Source: Myxococcota bacterium (lineage in GTDB: Bacteria > Myxococcota_A > SURF-8). From it: DNA of 64,000 bases. The notes under the pieces were generated by a model. That model was given only the letters and a program-made list of their open reading frames with translations. It was not told the origin of the DNA and did no database searches. Shown one piece after another: positions 18,055-27,206 of this stretch (its first letter is position 1; each line of letters opens with the position of its first letter). Both the position numbers and the translations under genes were made by a program. The DNA is taken from assembly GCA_965140415.1 (NCBI GenBank), contig OZ223209.1, forward strand, positions 5,152,001 to 5,216,000. Direction: 5' to 3'.

Positions 18055-18216
18055 ATGAAAAACACTCATAAAGCCGCCTCGCCGATGATCTGGATTCGTG
18101 ACACCAAAGGTGAAACCTATGTTTGCCCGGTCGGGGCCGTGAAAGATCCCAAAAATCCCACAGAGGACGAGCTCAAGCTTTGCGTGAACGAGTCCTTCAA
18201 TCCCCAAAACGACTAA
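18055..18216 (+). CDS. Small 53-aa protein absent from the ORF track (MKNTHKAASPMIWIRDTKGETYVCPVGAVKDPKNPTEDELKLCVNESFNPQND)
   Basis: GAAAGGAAAG RBS, ATG 18055, TAA ending 18216, followed by a terminator; divergent from the CarH-like gene. Confidence 0.75.
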   Translation: MKNTHKAASPMIWIRDTKGETYVCPVGAVKDPKNPTEDELKLCVNESFNPQND

Positions 18217-18235
18217 CCCCATCTCCCCCATCCAC

Positions 18236-18268
18236 AAAAAGGCCGTCGGGATTCCGACGGCCTTTTAT
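18236..18268. terminator. Bidirectional rho-independent terminator
   Basis: AAAAAGGCCGTCGG-GATT-CCGACGGCCTTTT between convergent genes. Confidence 0.85.
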
Positions 18269-18299
18269 CTTGCAATTTGAATCAACTACAACAAATCTC

Positions 18300-19598
18300 T
18301 CATGACTTCAACAGAAAACCGTCCGCCTGGCGTTTAGCCTGGAAACCGCTGTACAGCACCTTATCCGAACTGCGCCGGGCCTTGGTGGCCGAATCGTTCT
18401 GGTAATAGCCCGAAAAGAGTTGCAAGCCACTGAAGCAGAGCTGTCCATCGTTTTGTTCTGCGACTTCCGCTCCCGCCTGGCCATCTGCCGCCATGGCTTC
18501 CCGCACGGAGGCGGCGCAGACCGGCATACTTTCGAATGGCGTTTGATTATCCACGGCGCAGGCGCACAGTCCCGCCGTTTCCGACAGTGCGAGGCCGTAG
18601 CCTGCTATAGCGGCGAACGTCTTTAAATTCTCCGTAAAATCAGGATCTTGTGGTACGGAAAGACAGCATGCCGTCTGGACATGTAGGTCTTTTTTGGAGT
18701 TCCACAGGGTTTCAAGTTGCTCCGGCAACAGTAGCAACGTGTCAACGGCATACTTTTCTATGGCCGCTGCATCGAAGCTCGGCAGCAGTACTGCGGTTTT
18801 TCCCCAGAAAACTGCGCTGGTGATGTGGAGCAACAGGCTCAATCCGCACGGCAATGGCGTGGCCAGCAGGCGGGAATTCTGTTGCAGGCCCAGTGCAGAG
18901 CCGAGATTCATATTCTGACAGCTAATGGCCTGATGTGAAAGCTGTGCGATGCGAGGCGTACCGTTTTCGATATCGACGTACACGGCCAGTGCCGGGTCTT
19001 CCTCGTCCAGTTCCATGCCGCGCATCGTGAAGGTGTTCAGGATTTCGGAGTCCATCCCTTTGGCGTGCTCGCTGCGGGCAAAGTCGCGCGCGCCTTCGAT
19101 AAAGCTCGCTCCGTTTTCCGCAGCGGCGAAGGAGGACGCGTCTGCCCCGAACTGCAACCAGCTTCTTACGCAGGGCAACGAAGACGCATCGAAGGTGGGG
19201 GAAGCGCTGAAAGCGAAGGCTTTGGCCTGCATGTGCTCGATAGCCTGCCGCATGGCTTCGGCGTCCATTTCGGGATCGAGTTCCAGCATGAGCGCACCGA
19301 TTTTCAGGCAGCCGTAATAGAGCAGCACATGCTCGGGGATCATCGGAAGCGCGGTGGCGAAGACGTCGCCTTTTTCAAAGCCCATGTCCAGTAATTTCAC
19401 GGCGATGGCCGTTGTGGCCTGCTCGAACTGCTCCCAGGTGATTTCGTTTCCGTTCTCGGCGGAGATTAACGCCGTATCACCGGCTTTTTCTTCCGCCCAG
19501 TTGGCCAGGGCTTCATCCAGCAAATGTCGATCAGAGAAGTCGCGCTCGTAGTCGTCCGCCGTAAGCTGGGGAATGGGAAATGCTTTAAATTCCGACAT
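18300..19598 (-). CDS. Degenerate AMP-binding (ANL / acyl-CoA synthetase) family protein lacking the C-terminal domain
   Basis: ANL N-terminal fold motifs (GFEKGDV, YGCLKIGA, GQLCFSGLQLFSGYYQN); A3 loop reads YVDIENGTPR; stops at the hinge. Confidence 0.7.
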   Translation of the reverse strand: MSEFKAFPIPQLTADDYERDFSDRHLLDEALANWAEEKAGDTALISAENGNEITWEQFEQATTAIAVKLLDMGFEKGDVFATALPMIPEHVLLYYGCLKIGALMLELDPEMDAEAMRQAIEHMQAKAFAFSASPTFDASSLPCVRSWLQFGADASSFAAAENGASFIEGARDFARSEHAKGMDSEILNTFTMRGMELDEEDPALAVYVDIENGTPRIAQLSHQAISCQNMNLGSALGLQQNSRLLATPLPCGLSLLLHITSAVFWGKTAVLLPSFDAAAIEKYAVDTLLLLPEQLETLWNSKKDLHVQTACCLSVPQDPDFTENLKTFAAIAGYGLALSETAGLCACAVDNQTPFESMPVCAASVREAMAADGQAGAEVAEQNDGQLCFSGLQLFSGYYQNDSATKARRSSDKVLYSGFQAKRQADGFLLKS

Positions 19599-19619
19599 TT
19601 GTTTCCTCCTTCTATCTAT

Positions 19620-20489
19620 TTACCGGGATGACATCCCGGGTTCATCATCCGTTTCCTCTTCCTGATCTCGTTCTGCGTCCAGGGCCAGCCGGTAACCCTG
19701 CTTGCGTGTCAGTCCAAGTCGGCTGGAAAGCTCTTCCGCCAGGCTGCGACCATGCAGTCCCTGCTGCAACAGTTCCTGCACGAGCGCCTGCTGATCCGCT
19801 TCGGTTAGTGTTTCCTCTTCCGCACCTGCGACGAGCAGTACCAGTTCGCCTTTAACCGGCTGCTCTGCCAGTTGCGCTGCCAGATCTTCCACCGTGGCAG
19901 AGGTGAATTCTTCATGCAGTTTGGTCAGTTCGCGCCCCAAAACCGCCGGACGTTCACCGAAATGACGCGCCATGTGTTCGAGTTGACGCGCAGCCTTGTG
20001 CGGCGACAGGTAGAAGATTCCCGTATACGGCAATGGCGCGGCTTCCACGAAAAAACGCTCCCGTTTGCCTTTGGCCTCTGGCGGGAAACCATGAAAAACA
20101 AAGCGGTCGGTGGGAAGACCGGAGGCGCAAAGAGCGGTAATCGCTGCCGAAGCTCCGGGAATCGGAACCACATCTAGTCCCTCTTCCCTGCAAGCGCGCA
20201 CCAACGCGAAACCGGGATCGGAAATGGCCGGAGTTCCGGCATCGGAAATCAGTATCACTTTCTGACCTTGCCGGACGGCGTCGAGTACGCGCATCTGGCG
20301 GTTGCGCTCGTTATGTTCATGGAAGGAAAGCAGCGGCTTTTTGACGCCCAGATGTTGCAGTAACTTACCGGAATGACGGGTATCTTCGCAGCAGATCAGC
20401 TCCGCTTCGTTCAAAACGCGGATGGCACGCAGGGTGATATCCTCCAGATTGCCGATGGGAGTTGCTACAAGATACAGCACGCCGCTCAC
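19620..20489 (-). CDS. rsmI: 16S rRNA (cytidine1402-2'-O)-methyltransferase
   Basis: LYLVATPIGNLEDITLRA, CEDTRHS, SDAGTPAISDPG, RELTKLHEE. Confidence 0.96.
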   Translation of the reverse strand: MSGVLYLVATPIGNLEDITLRAIRVLNEAELICCEDTRHSGKLLQHLGVKKPLLSFHEHNERNRQMRVLDAVRQGQKVILISDAGTPAISDPGFALVRACREEGLDVVPIPGASAAITALCASGLPTDRFVFHGFPPEAKGKRERFFVEAAPLPYTGIFYLSPHKAARQLEHMARHFGERPAVLGRELTKLHEEFTSATVEDLAAQLAEQPVKGELVLLVAGAEEETLTEADQQALVQELLQQGLHGRSLAEELSSRLGLTRKQGYRLALDAERDQEEETDDEPGMSSR

Positions 20490-20515
20490 GAGAGTTCTCC
20501 TTACCTATGAAATAA

Positions 20516-20929
20516 TTAGCGAAATCCGATTTGCTCGAATGCGCCGGGGATATGTTGAATTTCGAAACCATGCTCGCCCAGCACCACCCCGACCGCATCG
20601 AAGCGCACGGCAAGGTGTTCCAGGCGTTTCAATTGCAGGTAATGCATGGCGGTTTTCAAGAGTTTACGCTGCTTGGGCCCGGTGATGGTCGCCAGCGCTT
20701 CGTCTGGACTACCTCCGCGCTTGGTGCGTACTTCCACGAAACAGAGCGTGTCGCCTTCCTGCATCACCAGATCCAGTTCCCCGTACATCGAGTGCCAGTT
20801 GCGCTCCACAAACGTCATGCCCTGCTTTTCAAGGTAGCGCAGCGCTTCCCGCTCGCCGGCCTCTCCCAACGCCTTTTTAAGACGGTCTTGCCCGGAATTC
20901 CTGGACTCTTTCGCCTTATGGATTGACAT
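20516..20929 (-). CDS. yraN: YraN (UPF0102) family protein
   Basis: GEAGEREA, ERNW...GELDLV...FVEVRTK, VRFDAV. Confidence 0.9.
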   Translation of the reverse strand: MSIHKAKESRNSGQDRLKKALGEAGEREALRYLEKQGMTFVERNWHSMYGELDLVMQEGDTLCFVEVRTKRGGSPDEALATITGPKQRKLLKTAMHYLQLKRLEHLAVRFDAVGVVLGEHGFEIQHIPGAFEQIGFR

Positions 20930-20950
20930 GTACCTGCCCTGTGCTACAAT
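20923..20950 (+). promoter_or_regulatory. Sigma-70 promoter for the 21008 gene
   Basis: TTGACA (20923-28), 16-nt spacer, extended TG, TACAAT (20945-50). Confidence 0.7.
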
Positions 20951-21007
20951 CCGAGCCAATTGAAACGAAGGGGACAACACCCCGGATTTACTGGGTGGCA
21001 GGAGACC

Positions 21008-22792
21008 ATGAGCAGCGACGATTACCCGATTCTACCGGACGATTACCTGGTCATCAAAGTGACCATGGAAGACGTTCGTACCGAAGATATCAAGTCAGCA
21101 GCCGAGCTGTTGGACATCCTGATCGACGATGACGATACCATATCGGCCCACGAGGGGAAACTCTTTTTCGATGTGAGCGAACTCTCCGAAGATGATCGAG
21201 AGCCGAGTGAAATCGAGGAAGTACGCGACTGGTTTGCCCAGTTGGACCGCGCCTATCCGTATTTGCCTTTTTTCCTTACCAGCGAAGTCGGGCTCGCCCA
21301 GATTCCGCTGTATACCTCGTTTCTCGTCTCCTACGACCATGAAGGGGATGGAATCCGATTCAATCGGCAGAAGCTCGAACAATTCGCCGTGGAACGAATC
21401 AAGGCGGTGGTGGCCTTTTGCGGGGAGCATCAACTGGACCCGCGCGAAAGCGTGCGTCTGTTCTGCGAGCGGCTGCATTTGCAGGTCTTGGAAGAAATGA
21501 AGGAAGAGAAAGGACCGTATCCTTTCGAACCGGAAAAGATTACCTCGCCGTTTTTAATCGATTTCTTCGAGACCGGCTATTATTTCCACACGATCGACGC
21601 CTCCGACGAACCGGTGCTGTTCGCTCTGGTGGATGAGCCGAAAGCGGCGTATTACGCCCCGGTGGACGTGCATATCGACCTGTTCAATTCCTCGCGTTAC
21701 CCGGTGATCGTGTTGGATATGACGGTGCATGACATTCCGGAAACACCGTTGAAAATGAGCTTCGTTTATAACGTCGATCTGGAGCGGCACCGGGAGGAGT
21801 TGTACGCCTATACCGAGATGTCGTTTATTTCGACGAACTTCCTGTTCAAACAACAGGACGATCTCTTCTATGGTTTTACCCGCGCCATCGATTTGTCCGG
21901 CGAATTGCGGGAGCGTATTCGTAGCCTGATTCTGGATGCATCCAATCTGCTGCGCACCATTCCGCCGGAAGCGCGCGATTTCCCAAGCGCCGTGGAGGAA
22001 ATGTTCAGCCAGGCCGAAAAGCCGCTTTCGACCAACGATACCCTGGTGACCTCCGAGGAAGAGCAAAACAGCGAGCCGTTCTCCGATGATGCGCAAGGTG
22101 ACTTGGAAACGGAGCCATTGGCTGCGGATGAAGAAGAGCGCACCGTGGCGGATGTGTCGGACGATGCGCAGGAAGAAGAGACCGAGCAGGACTCTTCCGA
22201 AGCAATAGAAGAGACTGAAGACGCAAGTGCAATCGATGACAACGAAGTCGTCATTTCCGAATCGGAAGGGGTGGTTGAATTTTCGGAAGAATCGGATGAG
22301 CAAACGGAAGATGCCTCCGAATTCGATGAACCCAAGCAGGTTAGCGAAAACGCTGAGGATGATGAAAGCATCGAAATCCTCGATGAAATAGACATGGACG
22401 AAAACAAGCCGAGTCCCGATGACGGTTCGGAAGCGATCCAGCAGCAGCAGGTTCGCGGGCGTATCGGTGCGGAGAGCGGTATTCCCACATCGGTGCTGCC
22501 GGAATCCATCCAGCGTATCACCAAGGCGCTTTCCAAGCCCATTCGAAGACCACAGCGCAGTGTCACCGAGGAACTTGCCATCCAGCCCGCTCCCAAGCGC
22601 GTGATCATGCGCGACGAAGATCAACTGGAGCGCCTGTCGCGCCGGCTGGTGATCATGCAGAATAACCTGGAGCGGACGCAGCGCGAGAACATGCGCCTGC
22701 ATGGCGATCTGCAAAACGCCAACGAGGAAATCGAGCGTTTGCGACGGGACAACCTGGATCTTGAAAGCCGCTGGTGGAAATTCTGGAAGTAG
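21008..22792 (+). CDS. CRR6/DUF1817-like domain protein with acidic linker, C-terminal coiled coil and RWWKFWK tail
   Basis: DDREPSEIEEVRDWFAQLDRAYPYLPFFL resembles the CRR6 core; GGAG RBS. Confidence 0.7.
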   Translation: MSSDDYPILPDDYLVIKVTMEDVRTEDIKSAAELLDILIDDDDTISAHEGKLFFDVSELSEDDREPSEIEEVRDWFAQLDRAYPYLPFFLTSEVGLAQIPLYTSFLVSYDHEGDGIRFNRQKLEQFAVERIKAVVAFCGEHQLDPRESVRLFCERLHLQVLEEMKEEKGPYPFEPEKITSPFLIDFFETGYYFHTIDASDEPVLFALVDEPKAAYYAPVDVHIDLFNSSRYPVIVLDMTVHDIPETPLKMSFVYNVDLERHREELYAYTEMSFISTNFLFKQQDDLFYGFTRAIDLSGELRERIRSLILDASNLLRTIPPEARDFPSAVEEMFSQAEKPLSTNDTLVTSEEEQNSEPFSDDAQGDLETEPLAADEEERTVADVSDDAQEEETEQDSSEAIEETEDASAIDDNEVVISESEGVVEFSEESDEQTEDASEFDEPKQVSENAEDDESIEILDEIDMDENKPSPDDGSEAIQQQQVRGRIGAESGIPTSVLPESIQRITKALSKPIRRPQRSVTEELAIQPAPKRVIMRDEDQLERLSRRLVIMQNNLERTQRENMRLHGDLQNANEEIERLRRDNLDLESRWWKFWK

Positions 22793-22818
22793 CGGCTGGA
22801 AAATTGGAAAGAGGTATC

Positions 22819-24438
22819 ATGGTTCGCGGCTTGCTTGCCAAACTCGCCTGGGGTTTCTGGTTGTTGATGCTTGCCGGTTGCCAGGCCTCCGAAACCCTGC
22901 CGCTTCCACAGATATCTCACGTACAGGTAGAACAGGCGCAGGTGCGCGGCGTCGTGGCGGTTTCCTACCGACTGGCCGACACGAGCGGCTTTCCATTGCA
23001 AATCAACGTGGAATATAAACTGGATAACGAAGCCTGGGCGCCGGCCAGTTCCGCCGGCGGCAGTGGAGACGGTGTCGGCGTGCTGGCCGATGGTGAGCGC
23101 AGGCAGATGACGTTTCTGTGGGATTCCTACCGCGATGCCGGGACGCGCGGCGTAGCCGCCAGATTGCGCGTGACGGCCATCAACCCGGAAAAGCAGGCCT
23201 ATTCCGAAAGCGGCAACTTTTGGTTAGCCAACGACAACTTACCGCCGCAACTGGCTTTCGTGCCGGTAGAGGCGTTGGAAGAGGGCGAATTGCCGGTAAC
23301 CATCGCGTTGGTGGATGCAGAATCCGAACCGGTTTCATTGGAGTTGCATTATAGCTACGATGGCGGTGAGCATTACCTGCCTGCAACGGTGGATGGTCAA
23401 CTGGCGGAAATTGAAACGACACCCAACGCCGGTCTGCATACGTTGAGTTGGCAGGCGGGAACGGATCTGGGATGGCTGGATCAGGGAAACGTGCGCCTGC
23501 GCGCGGTGGCGGCGGACGCGCTGGGGCAGGGCAATGCCGTGTATTCCGATGCGCTTTCCATTTCCTTTTCGTTACAGCCGGGTTTGAAGCTGTCGCCCTT
23601 ACCACGTACACTACGTGAGGAAGTCGCCGTGGTGCTGTATGTGACCGGCCTGCCTGGCGACAACTACCAGGCACAGCTGGAATACGCCTATGAGGACGAC
23701 GAATACCTTCCCTGCACCTTGAAACGCAGTGGTGTAAATCAAAGCATTCTGCTCGATGCCTCGCCGGAAGGTGCGGCGAATGCCTTGTTGTGGCAGACCC
23801 GCGAGGATTTCGAGGAAAGCATCGTGCGCGGCTTGACGTTGCGTGCGACTTTGTTAGATGAGGACGGCAGCGAGCTTGACGAGCCGCTAGTCGTTATGCA
23901 GCAGGACTTGGGCATTAACAACGAACCGCTGGTAGAACAACTGCTGATCAGCGAAATTTACGAGGGCTTGCAAAAGAGCGACGGCTTTTTCGAAATTGCC
24001 GGGCCGCCGGGAACGAGTTTGGACGGCATCCGTATTTCGGGTATTCGTCGTAACGGCAGCCTGGATGCCTTGATCGATCTGGACGGCTACAGTTTGAATG
24101 ACGACGGTGTTTTCGTATTGTCGGGTCCGCAGGGGCCGCCGGGCGATCTGGTGATGGAGAATTTCGAGTCGTTCTTTTTCCTTGAGCATACCCAGCGCAG
24201 CATTGTGCTAAGCCGTGTGGAACCGGACAACGTAGAGGAATACTACGGGATCGATGCCGTGGGCTATGGCGATTTCACCGGTTATTCTTTCCGTGGCGAG
24301 GGCGATCCCGCGCCGCAGATTCCATCCGGTCTTTCCCTGACGCGCGAATTCGCCAACACCGACAAGGGTGATAATTCGCTGGATTTCGTTCTCAGTGAAC
24401 CGACTCCCGGCGAAGCCCGTTTCTGGAGTGCGGAATAA
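22819..24438 (+). CDS. Lipoprotein with repeated beta-sandwich modules and C-terminal lamin-tail-like domain
   Basis: Lipobox LAGC; three similar modules (EY...W...LR); LLISEIY...FFEIAGPPGTSLDG...IDAVGYG...PTPG. Confidence 0.72.
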   Translation: MVRGLLAKLAWGFWLLMLAGCQASETLPLPQISHVQVEQAQVRGVVAVSYRLADTSGFPLQINVEYKLDNEAWAPASSAGGSGDGVGVLADGERRQMTFLWDSYRDAGTRGVAARLRVTAINPEKQAYSESGNFWLANDNLPPQLAFVPVEALEEGELPVTIALVDAESEPVSLELHYSYDGGEHYLPATVDGQLAEIETTPNAGLHTLSWQAGTDLGWLDQGNVRLRAVAADALGQGNAVYSDALSISFSLQPGLKLSPLPRTLREEVAVVLYVTGLPGDNYQAQLEYAYEDDEYLPCTLKRSGVNQSILLDASPEGAANALLWQTREDFEESIVRGLTLRATLLDEDGSELDEPLVVMQQDLGINNEPLVEQLLISEIYEGLQKSDGFFEIAGPPGTSLDGIRISGIRRNGSLDALIDLDGYSLNDDGVFVLSGPQGPPGDLVMENFESFFFLEHTQRSIVLSRVEPDNVEEYYGIDAVGYGDFTGYSFRGEGDPAPQIPSGLSLTREFANTDKGDNSLDFVLSEPTPGEARFWSAE

Positions 24439-24460
24439 TCATTTAGAGCGCAGCCTTCCT

Positions 24461-25678
24461 TTATGAAACTCCATACAACTTCATGTGGCGATCGAGATAG
24501 AGCTGCCGATCGTATTCTCTAACGGCCAGCTCTCGCGCCTGCCTGCTTAGAGTCTGACGTTGCGGGTCATTGTCCAATAGCTCGGCAATGGCTTTCGCCA
24601 GTGCATCGGCATCGGCGTAATCGACCGCCACGCCCCCTTCCGGCGCGTGGATGACTTCCTCTACCGACGTGGTTTTAAAGGTGATAACCGGAACGCCGCA
24701 AGCCATCGCTTCCAGCGCCATCATACCGAAGCTTTCCGCCATCGATGGCATCAGGAACAGATCCGAAGCGCTCAGCGCATCCACCAGGGCGTCCTGGTTT
24801 TTCAGCCAGCCCAATTGGATTACCTGGTATTTTGAGGAGAGGTGTTTAAAATCCCCGGTCTTGTCGATGGTCAACAGTACCGTGGGGCGTTTGGGTTGCA
24901 TTTTCAAAAGAGCCTGCTGTAATACCGGCCAGCCTTTGTAAGGTTCATCTTCACCGCGATAGCGATAGAACAGCACCTGTGCATCCTGGGCAATACCGAG
25001 ATGCTCGCGGCATTCACACCGGTTTTTAGGTTGGAATACATCCAGATCCACTCCGAATGGAATGATGGTGTAAGGCAGATGCGAAAGGATCGGACTTTGT
25101 TGCAGGTGGCGCTCCATCCATTTACTGGAGATAACCAGTTCGATGTCGGAGCGATGCATCAACCAGTGTTTCAGTTGCCACTGGAATGCGGTCGTGTCGC
25201 GTTTTATCGGGAAAGTGCGGTTTAGATCCGGACATTCTCCGCAACCATGCTGCCAGCGGTGGCAGTCCATCGGATGCAGACAGTGCCCGGTCATGATGAA
25301 GGGATCGTGCAGGGTCCAGATCACGCGTTTGAGCCTGGCTAGCACGGGAAGATGCAATAAGCTCAGGAAGGATGACGAATACACGAGTTGCAAGTGTAGG
25401 ATGTCTGCATCCCGAAAGTGGGGATTTGCGTACAAGCCAAGTCCCGTCAGTGGTAACAGGGAGTGAACGGACAGCGCCCGCTCTAGCCTGTGCATGATCT
25501 GCGCGTCGAACACACGGCTGATTCGATTGCCGAGTTGAACGATGCCTGCTTCATTGTGTTGTTTCGACAGAACCAGCATGTTCGACGGAACGTGTTTGTT
25601 CATCAATTCCCGGTGCAACTCGTAACCGTTGAATTGCCGCCCGATCTGATCCCAGGTTGTGAGTTGAAGTACGTTCAT
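24461..25678 (-). CDS. Glycosyltransferase family 4 (WcaC-like)
   Basis: IWTLHDP...TGHC...C..W..GCGECP; PSMAESFGMMALEAMACGVPV. Confidence 0.9.
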   Translation of the reverse strand: MNVLQLTTWDQIGRQFNGYELHRELMNKHVPSNMLVLSKQHNEAGIVQLGNRISRVFDAQIMHRLERALSVHSLLPLTGLGLYANPHFRDADILHLQLVYSSSFLSLLHLPVLARLKRVIWTLHDPFIMTGHCLHPMDCHRWQHGCGECPDLNRTFPIKRDTTAFQWQLKHWLMHRSDIELVISSKWMERHLQQSPILSHLPYTIIPFGVDLDVFQPKNRCECREHLGIAQDAQVLFYRYRGEDEPYKGWPVLQQALLKMQPKRPTVLLTIDKTGDFKHLSSKYQVIQLGWLKNQDALVDALSASDLFLMPSMAESFGMMALEAMACGVPVITFKTTSVEEVIHAPEGGVAVDYADADALAKAIAELLDNDPQRQTLSRQARELAVREYDRQLYLDRHMKLYGVS

Positions 25679-26015
25679 TCACTTGCTTGTCTATGTAATG
25701 ATTTCGAGGATCAGCCCCGTTTACTTTTCGTTGTTGAAATGGATTTCTATGTTCCGGTTTCATTATTTACTCTAACCGTGTTCGGGATTCTACCCTGAAT
25801 TCATCATAAGGGCAACGAATCGAGAAGATTGCGCAAGGTAACCACGTTGGTATTCTAGCGATCGTTCAGCATCGAGCCGGGGAGTTTCCTGATTTTTCTT
25901 GACTTCCCCACGGGTTAAGGCCAATCTTAACGGGCTGATAACAAGGTGCTACGCCGTTTATGGTGTGGAATTCCCAGCATTCTACTCGAAACCCTCGATC
26001 AAACCAGGAGACGAA

Positions 26016-26852
26016 ATGCAGTTTGTCAAGTATGTCGTTACGGGTTGTATTCTGCTCGTTGCCTTTCTGATTTCGACGCCTTACAGCTTTGCGCAAACGC
26101 AGGAAAATGCAGTGGAACCTGCCACTGAGCCTGCAACGGCGGAACCGGTTGCAGCAGAGCCTGCAACAGAGGAAGCTGCTGCTGAGGAGCCGGTCATCGG
26201 CGAGCCGGTGGTTTCCGGCGAAGAACAAGAAGCGGAAGCGGAGCATAGTCCCTGGCTTGGAGGTCGCGGACGTCACGAGGGGCTGCACCTGCGCTTGTCT
26301 GTCGGTGCGGGATATTCATATTTCAGCGCAACCTATTCAGATCCGACTACCGGGCGCGATACCGATCTGACCATGAGTGGCGCGGCGGTGATTCCCGAAG
26401 CGGCCATCGGATACTACGTTATGGAAAACCTGGATCTGCATCTGGCCGTCAAGGTGCCGGTGAATGTCGAGCCGGATCTGGAACTGGATGTCGATCCCGC
26501 CGATGCCGCCACGATCAACGAAGCCGGGGATATCGAATACCGCGCCCTGATGATCGGTGCCGGTTTCACCTACTATTTCATGCCCATCAACATGTTTATC
26601 GGCGCGACCGGTAACGTGCTGGTGCCGCAGTTCCGCTTGAACGAGAGCGACCTGTCCAAAGCTGCCAATAACGCCGTAACAGACTACAAAATCGGTGGCT
26701 CGGCGGAATTGCACTTCGGTAAGGAATGGCGCATGGACGACTTCGCCAGCCTGGGCTTGGAAGTAATGTACATTTTCAGCGCTTATCCGGGTGACGATGC
26801 AAGCTGGTACGGCCACACCGCCGGGGTGCTGTTCACTGCGACCTACAACTAA
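26016..26852 (+). CDS. Outer-membrane beta-barrel protein
   Basis: Signal peptide, acidic linker, amphipathic strands, C-terminal LFTATYN; AGGAG RBS. Confidence 0.75.
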   Translation: MQFVKYVVTGCILLVAFLISTPYSFAQTQENAVEPATEPATAEPVAAEPATEEAAAEEPVIGEPVVSGEEQEAEAEHSPWLGGRGRHEGLHLRLSVGAGYSYFSATYSDPTTGRDTDLTMSGAAVIPEAAIGYYVMENLDLHLAVKVPVNVEPDLELDVDPADAATINEAGDIEYRALMIGAGFTYYFMPINMFIGATGNVLVPQFRLNESDLSKAANNAVTDYKIGGSAELHFGKEWRMDDFASLGLEVMYIFSAYPGDDASWYGHTAGVLFTATYN

Positions 26853-26884
26853 ATCGAACACCTCGAAACAAACAAGATGACACG

Positions 26885-26920
26885 CCGCCCGGTTGCCAAG
26901 CAGCCGGGCGGTTTGGCTTT
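26885..26920 (+). terminator. Rho-independent terminator
   Basis: CCGCCCGGTTG-CCAAG-CAGCCGGGCGG followed by a T-rich tail. Confidence 0.7.
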
Positions 26921-27206
26921 ATGAAGAGCAAAGCAGAAGGGCTCTGTACGTTGGAGCAGCGGCTCCCTGTGTTGGAGCAATGGCTCCTGCCTTGCTCCAA
27001 GCGTTTGTCTTTATAGTCGGGAAAGAAATACTGAGTGAAAAAAATGGTTCAAATCTTCCGGATGGTTTGGCGTGGTTGGAAGAAAAGAAACATACCGAAT
27101 TCAACCGCATTATTTGTGATGTACAAAATATGAATTTGTGGTAAACTCCTCACGTTAATTCAGCCAATCGGAAGCTGTCGGAGATCCTGCGAGGGGAGGT
27201 ACTGTT

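Noticed and set aside
18280-18302. Selenocysteine or read-through at the TGA ending the ANL-like gene
   Set aside because: Another stop follows within six codons and the downstream sequence does not resemble the missing domain
21554-22714. Long antisense ORFs here and at 11031-12002, 30271-31059, 45912-46766
   Set aside because: Shadows of well-supported genes in GC-rich DNA with no independent motifs
26950-27001. Short TTGGAGCA..GGCTCC repeats upstream of the NACHT gene
   Set aside because: Only two direct units and one inverted unit; too short to call an array or element
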